From: an uncultured Bacilli bacterium
GTDB lineage: Bacteria; Bacillota_I; Bacilli_A; RF39; UBA660
DNA: 64,000 nucleotides
Assembly: GCA_934130105.1 (NCBI GenBank)
Contig: CAKOXL010000002.1
Coordinates: forward strand, 7,232-71,231
Direction: 5' to 3'
In this document: positions 26,900 through 37,931 of the stretch, piece after piece
Layout of the letters: every line of letters begins with the position of its first letter
Numbering within the stretch: position 1 is the first letter of the stretch
Translations under genes and position numbers: made by a program
Notes under the pieces: generated by a model
What the model saw: only the letters and a program-made list of their open reading frames with translations
Databases searched by the model: none
What the model was told of the DNA's origin: nothing

Positions 26900-28431
26900 A
26901 TTTTTTTAAAAATTTTATACATTATACTGTCATCTTCATTACTATCTAAATCACTATAATATTTTGTATATATAACTTCATAATTAGAATTATTAGATAA
27001 ATATTTATACATAGGACTATAATTATCAACTAATAAGTGTGTAAATTGATATTTTTCTAAAAATAATTCTATATCCAATTTTCCTGATTCTAACTGATAT
27101 AATTCCTTTAAAATATCATACTTTTTGTTATTAGCTTTAAGAAATATTTCAGCACGACTATCACTATAAGTTTTAACCCCTAAGTATTCAGCATAATTAC
27201 ACTCTTCATAAATACAAAAAAGTCTAATATCACTAATATTTTCTTGGTTTACCATAGTGTTAACACCAGTAGCAATGCTACTAGAAAAATTAACTTTTGA
27301 ATTATTTACATGATATAAAAGTGTTAGTAATACCAAGATACATAATATTAAGAATAAAGATTTAGCTCTTTTTTTTAGCTTATCACTAGGTTCCTTGACT
27401 ACATAAAATTTATCTTGCAAATAATAAGAAATTGGATAAATAGAACCAATTATAAAAAATAAAAGACCTCTATTTGAAGAAATAGCCAAATAAGTAGTAC
27501 CAATTAATAATAAGAAATGATATATCTTAATTTCTTTTTTTATATAAATTATATATATCAAATATACTAAAAAAATAATTAAATATGTAGTAATACCAGC
27601 AAAATTATGAATGCTAGGTACCATCATCTCACCAACTAAATTATAAATCCATGAAACATTATAAGAAGTTAATACATAGGTCATTGCTTTTATACCATAT
27701 GGATTAATAAATCCAGCTATTATCATACCCAAAATAGGAACTAAAAAATCTCTTCTTTTACCACCAGTAGATACAACCTTTCCAATTTTAAATGAAAACG
27801 TATTAATAAAAAATGGTAGAAAAAAACAAAATAACATTAACCACATAGAAGCATGACAATTTATCATTATTAATGATAGTAATGGTAAAAATAATAACAC
27901 TCTTTTTTCTTTAGTTTTTTCATACTTTTCTAATATGTATAATTCTGTTAATAATAAAGATGTAGAAAATATCTGTGGACGTGATGTTAAAAAAGATAAA
28001 TCAAATAAAGTTACTATAATAGTAGTAAATAATGCTGAAAGATTTCTCTTATTATTAGTAACTAACATTAATAATTTATAAGTTATAAATACTATATAAA
28101 TATTTACTAAGTTAACAATGAAATATATACCATTATTACCAAATAAACTATAGGTTTTATAAAATAACACATCTATTAACCATTGTTGAATCACTAAATT
28201 TAGTCCTTCGTGAATAGTAAAAGGATCAATATTAGGAAATCCATGATTTAAGATGTACTTCCCATAATTTAAAATAAACCAAGTATCATCATTCAAATAA
28301 GTTGAACAAATAGCACCAAAACATATGGGAATTAATAAAAAACAAAATGCTTCCCACTTAGAAGGATGATAGTTTATAATTTTATTTTTTATTTTATTTA
28401 TTATTTTCATAATATCATTTATCACTTGCAC
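26896..28431 (-). CDS. polytopic membrane protein, GT-C-fold glycosyltransferase-like (inferred)
   Basis: 511 aa with at least 10 hydrophobic helices, an acidic motif (YLNDDTWF) just after the first helix and a ~130-aa soluble C-terminus. Overlaps the upstream oxidoreductase gene by 17 nt. Confidence 0.45.
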   Translation of the reverse strand: MQVINDIMKIINKIKNKIINYHPSKWEAFCFLLIPICFGAICSTYLNDDTWFILNYGKYILNHGFPNIDPFTIHEGLNLVIQQWLIDVLFYKTYSLFGNNGIYFIVNLVNIYIVFITYKLLMLVTNNKRNLSALFTTIIVTLFDLSFLTSRPQIFSTSLLLTELYILEKYEKTKEKRVLLFLPLLSLIMINCHASMWLMLFCFFLPFFINTFSFKIGKVVSTGGKRRDFLVPILGMIIAGFINPYGIKAMTYVLTSYNVSWIYNLVGEMMVPSIHNFAGITTYLIIFLVYLIYIIYIKKEIKIYHFLLLIGTTYLAISSNRGLLFFIIGSIYPISYYLQDKFYVVKEPSDKLKKRAKSLFLILCILVLLTLLYHVNNSKVNFSSSIATGVNTMVNQENISDIRLFCIYEECNYAEYLGVKTYSDSRAEIFLKANNKKYDILKELYQLESGKLDIELFLEKYQFTHLLVDNYSPMYKYLSNNSNYEVIYTKYYSDLDSNEDDSIMYKIFKKI

Positions 28432-29977
28432 TTTCTTGATAATCCTTTTCAGTATTTACATTCCATATATTATCTTTTTTCTTTTTATTATTAATTATAT
28501 TTTTAACAGTTTCAAAAGAAGTTATCATTGAATGATCCATATTATTATATCTATGTTGGCCGTTTCTACCAACGCAATATAAATTATCAAATTTATCTAA
28601 GTATTTAATTAATTTATCAATTTCAGAATAAGTATCAAAATATGCAGGATATGCTTTTTTTACTTTTTCTCTATGATGATCTAACACATCAGCCCTGTTA
28701 ATGATTCCCATAGATACAAGTTCATTAATAGCAAATTCACTACATTCCTTATCAGACATATTCCAAAAATCATCATTTTCACTACAAAAATATTCAAGTC
28801 CTATCCATACAGTATCATCAGGATTTTTAACCATATATGGACTCCAGTTATTAAATATTTGAATTCTACCTATTTTAACATCAGATTCTTGGACATAAAT
28901 CCAACAATCAGGTACAATATTACCTAAAGTTTTAATATTAGTTTCATTTTTTAAATTTAATTTTTTAACCAATAATCCTACTGTAACAAAATCACGATAA
29001 GGAAGACCATTAGCTATTATTTGGATATTTTTAGGTACATTACCATTAATGTCATTTACTAAATCTTTAAGTGGCATAGAAGAAATAAAAATATCACCTT
29101 TTATTTCAACTTCAGTACCATTATTATCACAAACAACAGAAATAATTTTATTATCTCTTATATTTATTTTAACAACTTTATGTTTTTTTAATACTGTTCC
29201 ACCCATATTTTCTATTTCTTGACTAACATCATCCCACAACTGACCTGGTCCATATTTTGGGTAAATGAATTCTTCAATCAAGGAAGTTTCCTTCTTGCCA
29301 CCATTTATATGAAAAGTTTTCTTAAACATATCTTTTATTACTAAAGTAACAGATAGTCCCTTAACTCTTTGACTACCCCAATCAGCTGATATTTCCTTAG
29401 GATGCCTACCCCAAAGTTTCTCTGTATATCCTTCAAAAAACATACTATATAATTTTTTTCCAAAACGATTAATATAAAAATTTTCAAGTGAATCTTCTTT
29501 TTTCTTAACAACTGTACTCTTTAAATAACTAAAACCACAAGATATAGTTCTTTTAAATCCCATGTTTTTAAAAGTTTCTTTTTTCATACTAATTGGATAA
29601 TCAAAAAACTTCTTTAAATAATAAATTCTAGAAACTCTATTTCTAATTAGCATAACTTTGTCTTCTTTTTCGGGATCAGGACCATCTTTTACTAGCCTTT
29701 TTTTTCTCTTTAACTTTTTATCATCATAACTTGGCTTACCTTGAATAGATAAAAAATGTGTCCAGAAATTAATGACTTCTTGATTCTTAGAAAAAAAACG
29801 ATGACCTCCAATATCCATTCTATTTCCGTGATAATTAATAGTTCTAGAAATTCCACCGATTTCATTTGTACTTTCTAAAACTATTACATCATATTTTTTG
29901 CTTTTAGTTAATAATTCATATCCAGCTGTTAAGCCAGCTGGACCAGCACCAATAATAACTACCTTTTGTTTCTTCAT
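28415..29977 (-). CDS. FAD/NAD(P)-binding oxidoreductase (amine-oxidase / UDP-galactopyranose-mutase-like fold)
   Basis: N-terminal Rossmann motif [17 protein letters not shown] ... [14 protein letters not shown]. 520 aa. Confidence 0.75.
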   Translation of the reverse strand: MKKQKVVIIGAGPAGLTAGYELLTKSKKYDVIVLESTNEIGGISRTINYHGNRMDIGGHRFFSKNQEVINFWTHFLSIQGKPSYDDKKLKRKKRLVKDGPDPEKEDKVMLIRNRVSRIYYLKKFFDYPISMKKETFKNMGFKRTISCGFSYLKSTVVKKKEDSLENFYINRFGKKLYSMFFEGYTEKLWGRHPKEISADWGSQRVKGLSVTLVIKDMFKKTFHINGGKKETSLIEEFIYPKYGPGQLWDDVSQEIENMGGTVLKKHKVVKINIRDNKIISVVCDNNGTEVEIKGDIFISSMPLKDLVNDINGNVPKNIQIIANGLPYRDFVTVGLLVKKLNLKNETNIKTLGNIVPDCWIYVQESDVKIGRIQIFNNWSPYMVKNPDDTVWIGLEYFCSENDDFWNMSDKECSEFAINELVSMGIINRADVLDHHREKVKKAYPAYFDTYSEIDKLIKYLDKFDNLYCVGRNGQHRYNNMDHSMITSFETVKNIINNKKKKDNIWNVNTEKDYQESASDK

Positions 29978-30021
29978 ATTTATAACTCCATAATAAAATA
30001 TCAGTACTATAAACTACACTC

Positions 30022-30050
30022 ATTATATCATCAAATTAGCAATTTTAAAT
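30022..30050 (-). promoter_or_regulatory. candidate internal promoter (extended -10)
   Basis: TGATATAAT (30030-30022), with a T9 tract (30060-30052 on the minus strand) just upstream. Confidence 0.4.
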
Positions 30051-30082
30051 CAAAAAAAAATTGCTATAAAAACAATTCTTTT

Positions 30083-30868
30083 TTAAATATTTGTAAACAT
30101 ATAAAGCATAGCCATTAATATAAGTACCATTACACCAGCACCAGTTGCAACTAACATAATCATAGTTTGACTTTCCATATGATTTAGACGCTCTTTATAT
30201 TTTTGCTCTCTTGCTTTAGCTTGTAAATTAGAAACTGTTCTAGAAAACATCAACAATCTTTCCTGTTTATCTTCTTGTTTACCAAGACCTAAACGATATA
30301 AAAGTCTCATCATTCTCATTGAATCTCTAACTGGATAATCATTAGCAAATTCCATATAAGGATCAATTGATGAATCACCAGCATCAATCTTAGCAATCAT
30401 TTCTCTTAAACCAGGTTTAAAAATATCAGGAGCATCATCAATAGATTTAGCAAGTGCAACAGGAACAGTATAATGTTGAACTAATATTTCTAAACCCTTC
30501 AAATAGTAAGGAAGCATAATATCAATATCATGTAAATGTTTTTTATAATATTTTTTAAGTGATGTATAACTTGATTTAAATGTAATATAACCAACAACAA
30601 TAGATAACACAATATTAATTGCACTTAACTCAGTTAAAAAGATAAATAAGAAAACAACTGTAACCAAAAATCCCATTTTAAGCCTTTTATTAAATAAAAT
30701 ATTAGGATCGACCTTTTCGCCATACCTAGCAGCTACTAAAAAGTCATAATCACTTTCCTTTAGCATATAAAGTACATCTTGATTGTCTTGAATAAATTTT
30801 TTACCATTAATAGTATTATTATAAAGTAAAACACCAAATATTATTGCTCCACAAATAATTACTTCCAT
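30083..30868 (-). CDS. TadC-like platform protein (T2SS F-domain-like polytopic membrane protein)
   Basis: 261 aa with an N-terminal TM, two central TMs, a cytoplasmic helical domain and a C-terminal TM. Its start overlaps the stop of the preceding TadB-like gene. Position is downstream of the CpaF-type ATPase. Confidence 0.55.
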   Translation of the reverse strand: MEVIICGAIIFGVLLYNNTINGKKFIQDNQDVLYMLKESDYDFLVAARYGEKVDPNILFNKRLKMGFLVTVVFLFIFLTELSAINIVLSIVVGYITFKSSYTSLKKYYKKHLHDIDIMLPYYLKGLEILVQHYTVPVALAKSIDDAPDIFKPGLREMIAKIDAGDSSIDPYMEFANDYPVRDSMRMMRLLYRLGLGKQEDKQERLLMFSRTVSNLQAKAREQKYKERLNHMESQTMIMLVATGAGVMVLILMAMLYMFTNI

Positions 30869-31770
30869 TATTCAGCACCAACGTTCTCGTTATAATATTT
30901 TTCTCCTTTAAGAAGAAAATAACTATTAATAATTAAAATACCGTGTAACACAATTAACATTACAGGATTACTTAATATAGCAATATAAGTTTCACGTCCA
31001 AGTAAATATTGAACTAACATAACCATCAAATATAACATAACACCATACTTTAAAAAGGATTTATGGAAATTAGCTCTATCTATACGGTCACGATATACAC
31101 TTTCAACCAACATATCTATATCAAGTTGCATGTTTTCTAAAGATTCTCCAGAATCTCTTGCACCTTCTTTAGTTATCTGTAAAAATAGTTGATGCATATT
31201 TTTAACAATATAATAAGGATATTTTTCACTCATAAATTGAACTGATTCATCAATAGAACCATTTTGATATGCAAGTGAAATCATCATATTAACATCAGAT
31301 AACACAGGATCTTCTAATACACCACTTGCTGCTACCCCTTCAAGGGATTTAACAAAACTCTGAGTAGTTGCAAATTCCATTATAGTATTTGTTGTATATA
31401 CTTGAATCTGTTCAAATAAAAATTCACTATATACTCTTTTACATCTCAAAAAAGCCAAATAAGGAATACATGCATTAGCTATTAAAATATAAATTATTGA
31501 AATAAATAAGTTATAAAAATACAAGTAAGAAATTACACCGGCAAAAATAGTAAAAACTATAACTTGAATTATATATTGCTTAGGAGTATATTCTTGACCT
31601 AATTCTTTAGTCTTCTCTCTTACAACTTTAAAAGAGTAAGGAGCAAACTTATCATAAATTACGCCAGCTTGTTCAGTGATAAATTTATAAACATTCTGGC
31701 CACGATATCGTCTATATATGAAAACAAATAAGGCGATTAATAATATTATAACTAATTCCATTTTCATCAC
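30868..31770 (-). CDS. TadB-like platform protein (T2SS F-domain-like polytopic membrane protein)
   Basis: 300 aa with the same TM/cytoplasmic-domain/TM layout as its neighbour. 10-nt gap after the ATPase gene. Confidence 0.55.
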   Translation of the reverse strand: MMKMELVIILLIALFVFIYRRYRGQNVYKFITEQAGVIYDKFAPYSFKVVREKTKELGQEYTPKQYIIQVIVFTIFAGVISYLYFYNLFISIIYILIANACIPYLAFLRCKRVYSEFLFEQIQVYTTNTIMEFATTQSFVKSLEGVAASGVLEDPVLSDVNMMISLAYQNGSIDESVQFMSEKYPYYIVKNMHQLFLQITKEGARDSGESLENMQLDIDMLVESVYRDRIDRANFHKSFLKYGVMLYLMVMLVQYLLGRETYIAILSNPVMLIVLHGILIINSYFLLKGEKYYNENVGAE

Positions 31771-31780
31771 TCCCTTACTA

Positions 31781-33559
31781 TTAATTTGTTTGATTTATAT
31801 TTGTATCAAATTGAAAAAACTTAGGTGCTCCAGTATTATCATTAGTAACACCAACCTGATTATTATCCAATTTAGATGAAAGTAAAAAATCAGAGTTAGT
31901 ATTTATATTAGGATTAGTAGTATTTTCTATGTTTACATCAGCTGGTTTAAAAACTAATTCATTTGATTCAGCTCCAACCGGAATATCTGGTCTTGGTATA
32001 GTAAATATATCATTATTACTTTGAGAAGTATTAACATTATTAGTTTGATTATTTACATTAGTAAAAATATTATCAATATCAACTAAATTAGGATTAATAT
32101 TATTACTATTATTTATAACATCTTGATTGCTAGAAAAATTAGGATTAACATTTACAGTATTGTCTAAATTATTAATTGGCATATTAGTATTTAAAGTATT
32201 ATTAACATTATTAATAGTACTAACACTTTCTACACCATTAAAATTTGGAATATTACTATTAGTGAAAATATCAACTGGTCTATTAATAGTATCTACGCTA
32301 TCATTAATATCAACAGCTTTTACTTCTTGATTAGAATTATTAGTATTAATATCAGTACCTATATTAATATTAGTATTATCAATACTTCCACTAGTATTAA
32401 CAGTAGTATCAATAGTATTAACTTTCTCTAAATTAGAGTTATTATTTAAGTCTACCTCTTCTTTATTAATATCATTAATTGAAATACCACTATCACTAGT
32501 ATCAGTATCATCTATATTACTCTCTATATCAATATTTTGTCCAAGTAGATAATCAATCAAATGCTGACTAGGTTTTTTCTTTTCTATCTTTCCAATCATG
32601 TTTTTCTGATAAATAACATTATATACCGGTTTATTAGTCTCTTCATCTATATAAAACTCCGTGATTTCATCTATTTCACGATGAAATTTACCATATTTTC
32701 TACTATAATATGCCTTAATATGAACACCAATTTGAATATAACGATAAATAGTACTTAAGAACTGATCAACATCCAAATCTGTTTCCATAAGTGAATATAG
32801 ACGATGTGGAATAGCACTAGCTTTATCAGAGTGAATAGTAGATAAAATATTATGTCCTGATGAAATTGAGTTACGAACAGCAGTAACGGCTTCTGCACTA
32901 CGAACCTCTGATAACAATATCCATTTAGGATTTTGTCTCATACAAGTAACAAGTACATCAGAATATGATGCTATATTATTAGTCTTCATAGCAACAATAT
33001 CACGATGAGGATAAATTTTATCTAAGTGAAGTTCCAAAGTATCCTCAATCGTAATAATTTTTTCATTTTCTTTAGTATGACTAGCTAAATATTTAACAAA
33101 CTCAGTTTTACCACTACCAGTTTCACCACATACCATGATATTACAGTGCCCATGAACACATTTTATCAAAAAATCATGTATATCTTTAGTAATATAATCT
33201 TCTTTTAATAAATTTTCTTCTTTTAGACGAATCTTAGCTGGAGTCTTACGAATAACTAACGCGATACCATTGGTAGCAATTGATTCATGGACAAAGTTAA
33301 GACGTAATTCAGGACTCTCAGCATCCAAAAAGGGACTGGCATTATTGAATGTAGTACCCATTACATTTGAACACTGAAAGGCAAGTTTTTCAACCACTGA
33401 ATTATTTATTTTTGGATTATCAACTCGGTAAGAGCCTTTTTCTAATGAACGAAGCCAGATTTGGCCATTATTAGTATAAGAAATATCAGTAATATCATCA
33501 TTATCAATATATTCTTTAAATGCCCCAAAATCAAGTTGTTCAAACATACTATCTTTCAT
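31781..33559 (-). CDS. CpaF/TadA (VirB11-superfamily) secretion ATPase with ~230-aa Asn-rich C-terminal tail
   Basis: Walker A VCGETGSGKTEF, Asp box IITIEDTLEL, Walker B-like RQNPKWILLSEVR, His box SGHNILSTIHSD. The tail is N/T/I/D low complexity. Confidence 0.9.
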   Translation of the reverse strand: MKDSMFEQLDFGAFKEYIDNDDITDISYTNNGQIWLRSLEKGSYRVDNPKINNSVVEKLAFQCSNVMGTTFNNASPFLDAESPELRLNFVHESIATNGIALVIRKTPAKIRLKEENLLKEDYITKDIHDFLIKCVHGHCNIMVCGETGSGKTEFVKYLASHTKENEKIITIEDTLELHLDKIYPHRDIVAMKTNNIASYSDVLVTCMRQNPKWILLSEVRSAEAVTAVRNSISSGHNILSTIHSDKASAIPHRLYSLMETDLDVDQFLSTIYRYIQIGVHIKAYYSRKYGKFHREIDEITEFYIDEETNKPVYNVIYQKNMIGKIEKKKPSQHLIDYLLGQNIDIESNIDDTDTSDSGISINDINKEEVDLNNNSNLEKVNTIDTTVNTSGSIDNTNINIGTDINTNNSNQEVKAVDINDSVDTINRPVDIFTNSNIPNFNGVESVSTINNVNNTLNTNMPINNLDNTVNVNPNFSSNQDVINNSNNINPNLVDIDNIFTNVNNQTNNVNTSQSNNDIFTIPRPDIPVGAESNELVFKPADVNIENTTNPNINTNSDFLLSSKLDNNQVGVTNDNTGAPKFFQFDTNINQTN

Positions 33560-33585
33560 GACAATTCCCCTTTTTATTCTTTTTT

Positions 33586-34440
33586 CTATTGATTTGGATT
33601 TATAGTAATTGTTCCATCAGGATTTTCAGTAATACTAGCATCCCAAACAGTAACTTTATTAATAAATTCTTTAAGTACTTCACTAGATATAGCTACTTCA
33701 CCAGGATTTTCTTTTAAAGATTCAGCAGTAGGTACAGGAATAAGTGTTACTTCATATGTTCTTAAATACATTGCTTTACGAAGTAAGATATGATACTCTT
33801 CAGGTACTGCAAATATTATTTGAGATGGTACTTTAACATCTTCTAAGTTTTCAAATACACTATCACCATTAGCATCAACTACGTCAATTACTTTAACATT
33901 TTCAAGTAATTTACCTACCATAATTTTATCTTTTGTATCACTGGTCATATTGTCTTCATCTATTTTATTTACAGCTTTTAAGTAAATATCAATATAATTG
34001 CCTGGATAAATCTTATTACCATATGTAGTAGTTGTATTAACACTCATATTAACAAGTACATACCCTTCAGGATAATCATAAATGATTGAATCTGGTAAAT
34101 CGCTCTTAGATACTACGATACTACCATAAAATAAACTTCCTTGAGGAATAATTGTATCTGCTCTTACATATTTTCCTACTATTTTAGAAACATCAGTAAT
34201 AGCATTACCCTTTAACATTGCAGGTGGTACTTCAATACTACCTATCATATCACTAGTTATCTTTGTCTTTGGATTAATTGTTGTTGTTGCATATGGAACT
34301 GTAATTGGATTAATTGCTTTTTTAATACGATAATTATATCCAGCATATAACACAATTATAGCTACTACTACACCAACAAAAGTTACAGTATTTTTGTTTG
34401 TTAAAAACTTTTTAACTGTTATGGAAAAATTTCCTTTCAT
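33586..34440 (-). CDS. CpaB/RcpC-like Flp pilus assembly protein (TM + SAF-like domain)
   Basis: N-terminal TM (VTFVGVVVAIIVLYAGY), then VPYATTTINPKTKITSDMIGSIEVPPAML...VGKYVRADTIIPQGSLF, which resembles a SAF domain. Lies immediately upstream of the ATPase. Confidence 0.55.
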   Translation of the reverse strand: MKGNFSITVKKFLTNKNTVTFVGVVVAIIVLYAGYNYRIKKAINPITVPYATTTINPKTKITSDMIGSIEVPPAMLKGNAITDVSKIVGKYVRADTIIPQGSLFYGSIVVSKSDLPDSIIYDYPEGYVLVNMSVNTTTTYGNKIYPGNYIDIYLKAVNKIDEDNMTSDTKDKIMVGKLLENVKVIDVVDANGDSVFENLEDVKVPSQIIFAVPEEYHILLRKAMYLRTYEVTLIPVPTAESLKENPGEVAISSEVLKEFINKVTVWDASITENPDGTITINPNQ

Positions 34441-34453
34441 AAAATCACCCTTT

Positions 34454-34882
34454 CTATTCAGTTACGCTTTGTAAAAGCCTATCTTCTTCATATTTAGTTT
34501 CTAATATTGCATCAATTTTTTGAGTAATATCAAAATTATCACCAGCAAAAGTAGCAACAGTACTAGAGCCAATCTGTATACTTACTTTTGGCGGAGTCTC
34601 ATTCAAATCTATCACTTTTACATGATAATTACGATCTTGGTTAACGTTTGCAGCAAATCTTCTTACAAAGCTTTCTAAGAACTTCTCACGATCCATTCTA
34701 ATAACACCTGTTGTTCTATAATAAGAAGTATCAACAGCATCTATCATTGCTGCTTCGGTTGTTTCTTCTAGTAAATAATAATCAAGTTCACTACCAGATT
34801 GATAATTTTGAATTATATTTACGGCTGCCAGTGTTAATACACCAAGTATAATAATACCTGTTATCATCATTCCTCTACTCAT
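34454..34882 (-). CDS. pseudopilin-like protein (short leader-Gly-hydrophobic helix, 142 aa)
   Basis: MSRGMMITGIIILGVLTLAAVNIIQNY N-terminus. Location between the adhesin-like and CpaB-like genes. Confidence 0.4.
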   Translation of the reverse strand: MSRGMMITGIIILGVLTLAAVNIIQNYQSGSELDYYLLEETTEAAMIDAVDTSYYRTTGVIRMDREKFLESFVRRFAANVNQDRNYHVKVIDLNETPPKVSIQIGSSTVATFAGDNFDITQKIDAILETKYEEDRLLQSVTE

Positions 34883-34891
34883 ATTTACCTC

Positions 34892-37800
34892 CTATTTATC
34901 TGAACATTCATTATTCTTAGAATTATTGCATCCAGCAATTGCTTTACGTTCATCTATACCCTTACCATTTGTATCGTAAGTTATATATTCACCACTTGAT
35001 TCATCACCGCTGTTACCGTTAACATTATCTAAAAATTTACTTGTACAAATTACTTGTTGTTTAGCATTAGTATAACAGCTCATATTATAATCTAGGTAAT
35101 TTTTTGAACCATCATTATTATAATCTTTAACACTCTTATTATATTTTCTAATATTACGTATATTTTCTCTAGTTAAAGTAAATTCATAATCAACTTCTGA
35201 TGAATCAGTATAAATACTATAGCCCTTACTTTGAATACTACTAATTAACTTTTCAGGATCAACTGCATAACTATATCCAGATCTATCTTTAGTTAAAGCT
35301 GCATTAGTAGCCTTACCATCACTTGTTATAGTACCAGTCCAATTAAATCTAGCATTACGGTTATTTGGGAACATATCAGTTAAAGTAATTGGTCTAAATA
35401 TGTAACGAAGACCCGAATCAGAAGAAGGCATTGTTGTTGCAGTAGGATCATCACTTGGAGTTGGAATTAATCCACCATCAGTACCATATAAACAATCAAT
35501 ATTAACACCATTACCTTCTGTACCCCATTGATTCCAGCTACCTATATTATAAAATCTAACATGAATATTCTTAATATAATCATCAGTTGAATCACTTACA
35601 ACTGCTTCATTATAATAAGGCCAGTTTCTATAATTGTTGATAATTCTAGTATCAAACTGAGTAAAATATTTATTCTGTGCTGAATAATAATTTGGGTTAT
35701 TATCATAACTAGTATCTGTATTAGTATTTGATTTATTATATACAACATCATTACCATTTACTTTAGAAACATAAGCAGCTCCAATACTAACAGTTACTGT
35801 TCTAGAAATTTTATATTCAGAAATATCCTTTTTTATATGTTCATTAATAAAGGTTTGATCTAAATTACCTTTAGTTGGATCAGCTAAATTAGTGCTTGAT
35901 TGATAAGTTATTTGTGTATTTCCAATTGTTTCTTCTGATAGTATTTTATAATCACCATCTTTGTTACTAAATTTAGTAGTTTTAGATTTATAATCACCAT
36001 TAGCTTGTCTATTATAATCTTCATCTACGATAATTTCATATTTTTCATTTTCAATAGTAGAATTACTAAATTCTTTAATAGCAGAAATTACATTATTATA
36101 TTCATCTTCACTAGCTGTAATTTTATTCTTATAAGAATTACTATCATCACAAGGCCAGTTAGTATAAACTTCATAACATTTAGTACCAGTTGATTGACCA
36201 TTAGAGTTACAACTATTTAAATAAGTAAATGTTACACCATGCTCTGTTGTACAAGTAGTATTATCTGTACAATAAGTTCCGCATCCATTATCAATATTAT
36301 TACCTGATATTACGCACCCACTACTAATAGGTAAATTAGTAGCTCCACCATCAGTTGTACCTATTAAATTAGGATTGCCTTTATTAGTTGCTAACCTTAA
36401 TGTTTTATAGCTATTACTACTAGCATTTAAAAAAGAATAATCTTTAAGGTTAGTTTTATAGGAATAAGAAACATTTTTACCATAAATTTTACTATAACAT
36501 GAGTTAATACAATTTTGAGTATATGTTCCACCATCACAGCTATTAACACAACTATCAAAATCTTCATTCGGACCAGCACCATTTTCACCATGGTGATTAG
36601 CAGGTCCACCCCAACATTCTACACTATACTTACAAGAATCTAAATATTTAGGTTCAGAAATCTTTATAGGAGTACATTGTCTATTTACTACAAATTTAGC
36701 ACTATAACCAAACCCCATACCAGCTTTAGAAACTTTAGGATCATCATACTCTACAGAGATTGTTTCTGTACAGAAAGCTTTCCAATAAGTACCAGTACCA
36801 GGAATATCTAAAAAGCCCGTTTTAGTACTAAAACCTAACTGTCGATTTATTGTACTACTATTATTTTCAAACAAACATGTAAAATTATTAGAAGTAGCTA
36901 CATTAGATTCTAACATAGTATGTATTTTTTTTACTTCTTCAATTTTATTTAAAATATTATTACGAATAGTATTTAATTCACTATATTGAATTGTATCACT
37001 ATCACAATCAGATACCATAATTCTTTCAACAGAACCACTTGCATATTTACTACGAAAATCTGTACATATAGGGTCATTATACATTGGGTTAGGAACAGTT
37101 GATGGAACAGCACCCATAATATAACCTAGTCTTTCACCATTACAACCATCTGATGTATCATCTAAATAAAAGATAAAATAAAATTCAGAACCTGGAGAAA
37201 AATAAATACCATTGTCAACATCACTAGTACTATAATTTCTTAAAACACTAGAATTATTATTAGGTAAACCTGTAGTTGAATCAATATCAAATTTAGAAAT
37301 ACCACTGCTTGTTACTTTACGAACTAATTTAGCAGATACTTTTCCTTTGAAACTACTAGGAACTGAAAATGTTACTTTATATTGATTACTGGAAGATACA
37401 TACTCAATTTTCATACCGCTCTGCATTTTTTGAACAACATCATAGCTATTATTACCAGGGCAAATATAAAACTCATAGTTATTATCAGCTGAACTATTAA
37501 TTTTACAAGCAAGTGCTTGTGATTCAGTCTTAAATTTGTAATCATTATCACATTCACTAGTAACTTCCATTATTGGTTGATTCTCATCATCAAACATAAG
37601 ATTACCAAGTTCATCTTTTTTTTGTTCTTTTTTCAAACATTCATTACCGTTTTCACTATTTTTACTACAATAACATTGCTGAGGATAAGTAATCTTTTCG
37701 CCATTAACTACTTTTGTACTTCCATTAATATCAGCATCAGTAATATAAAAAGGAATAACATTCTTACCTTTTTCTGTTATTTTATAAAAATTAGAACCTT

Positions 37801-37915
37801 TATCAGAATTAATGCAAATTTCATTGCTTTTTGTACTTCTAGCATTAGCTATACCTGGAAAAGACATTAACAAAATTAGCATTAAAACAGTATATTTTAC
37901 TTTACTTTTAAACAC
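34892..37915 (-). CDS. large secreted Cys-rich protein (1007 aa), candidate surface/tip adhesin
   Basis: Signal peptide MFKSKVKYTVLMLILLMSFPGIANA. About 30 Cys by my count, often in clusters (CYC, CVNSCDGGTYTQNCINSC, CGTYCTDNTTC). No C-terminal anchor or sorting signal seen. Confidence 0.7.
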   Translation of the reverse strand: MFKSKVKYTVLMLILLMSFPGIANARSTKSNEICINSDKGSNFYKITEKGKNVIPFYITDADINGSTKVVNGEKITYPQQCYCSKNSENGNECLKKEQKKDELGNLMFDDENQPIMEVTSECDNDYKFKTESQALACKINSSADNNYEFYICPGNNSYDVVQKMQSGMKIEYVSSSNQYKVTFSVPSSFKGKVSAKLVRKVTSSGISKFDIDSTTGLPNNNSSVLRNYSTSDVDNGIYFSPGSEFYFIFYLDDTSDGCNGERLGYIMGAVPSTVPNPMYNDPICTDFRSKYASGSVERIMVSDCDSDTIQYSELNTIRNNILNKIEEVKKIHTMLESNVATSNNFTCLFENNSSTINRQLGFSTKTGFLDIPGTGTYWKAFCTETISVEYDDPKVSKAGMGFGYSAKFVVNRQCTPIKISEPKYLDSCKYSVECWGGPANHHGENGAGPNEDFDSCVNSCDGGTYTQNCINSCYSKIYGKNVSYSYKTNLKDYSFLNASSNSYKTLRLATNKGNPNLIGTTDGGATNLPISSGCVISGNNIDNGCGTYCTDNTTCTTEHGVTFTYLNSCNSNGQSTGTKCYEVYTNWPCDDSNSYKNKITASEDEYNNVISAIKEFSNSTIENEKYEIIVDEDYNRQANGDYKSKTTKFSNKDGDYKILSEETIGNTQITYQSSTNLADPTKGNLDQTFINEHIKKDISEYKISRTVTVSIGAAYVSKVNGNDVVYNKSNTNTDTSYDNNPNYYSAQNKYFTQFDTRIINNYRNWPYYNEAVVSDSTDDYIKNIHVRFYNIGSWNQWGTEGNGVNIDCLYGTDGGLIPTPSDDPTATTMPSSDSGLRYIFRPITLTDMFPNNRNARFNWTGTITSDGKATNAALTKDRSGYSYAVDPEKLISSIQSKGYSIYTDSSEVDYEFTLTRENIRNIRKYNKSVKDYNNDGSKNYLDYNMSCYTNAKQQVICTSKFLDNVNGNSGDESSGEYITYDTNGKGIDERKAIAGCNNSKNNECSDK

Positions 37916-37931
37916 AAATAAACCTCCTATT

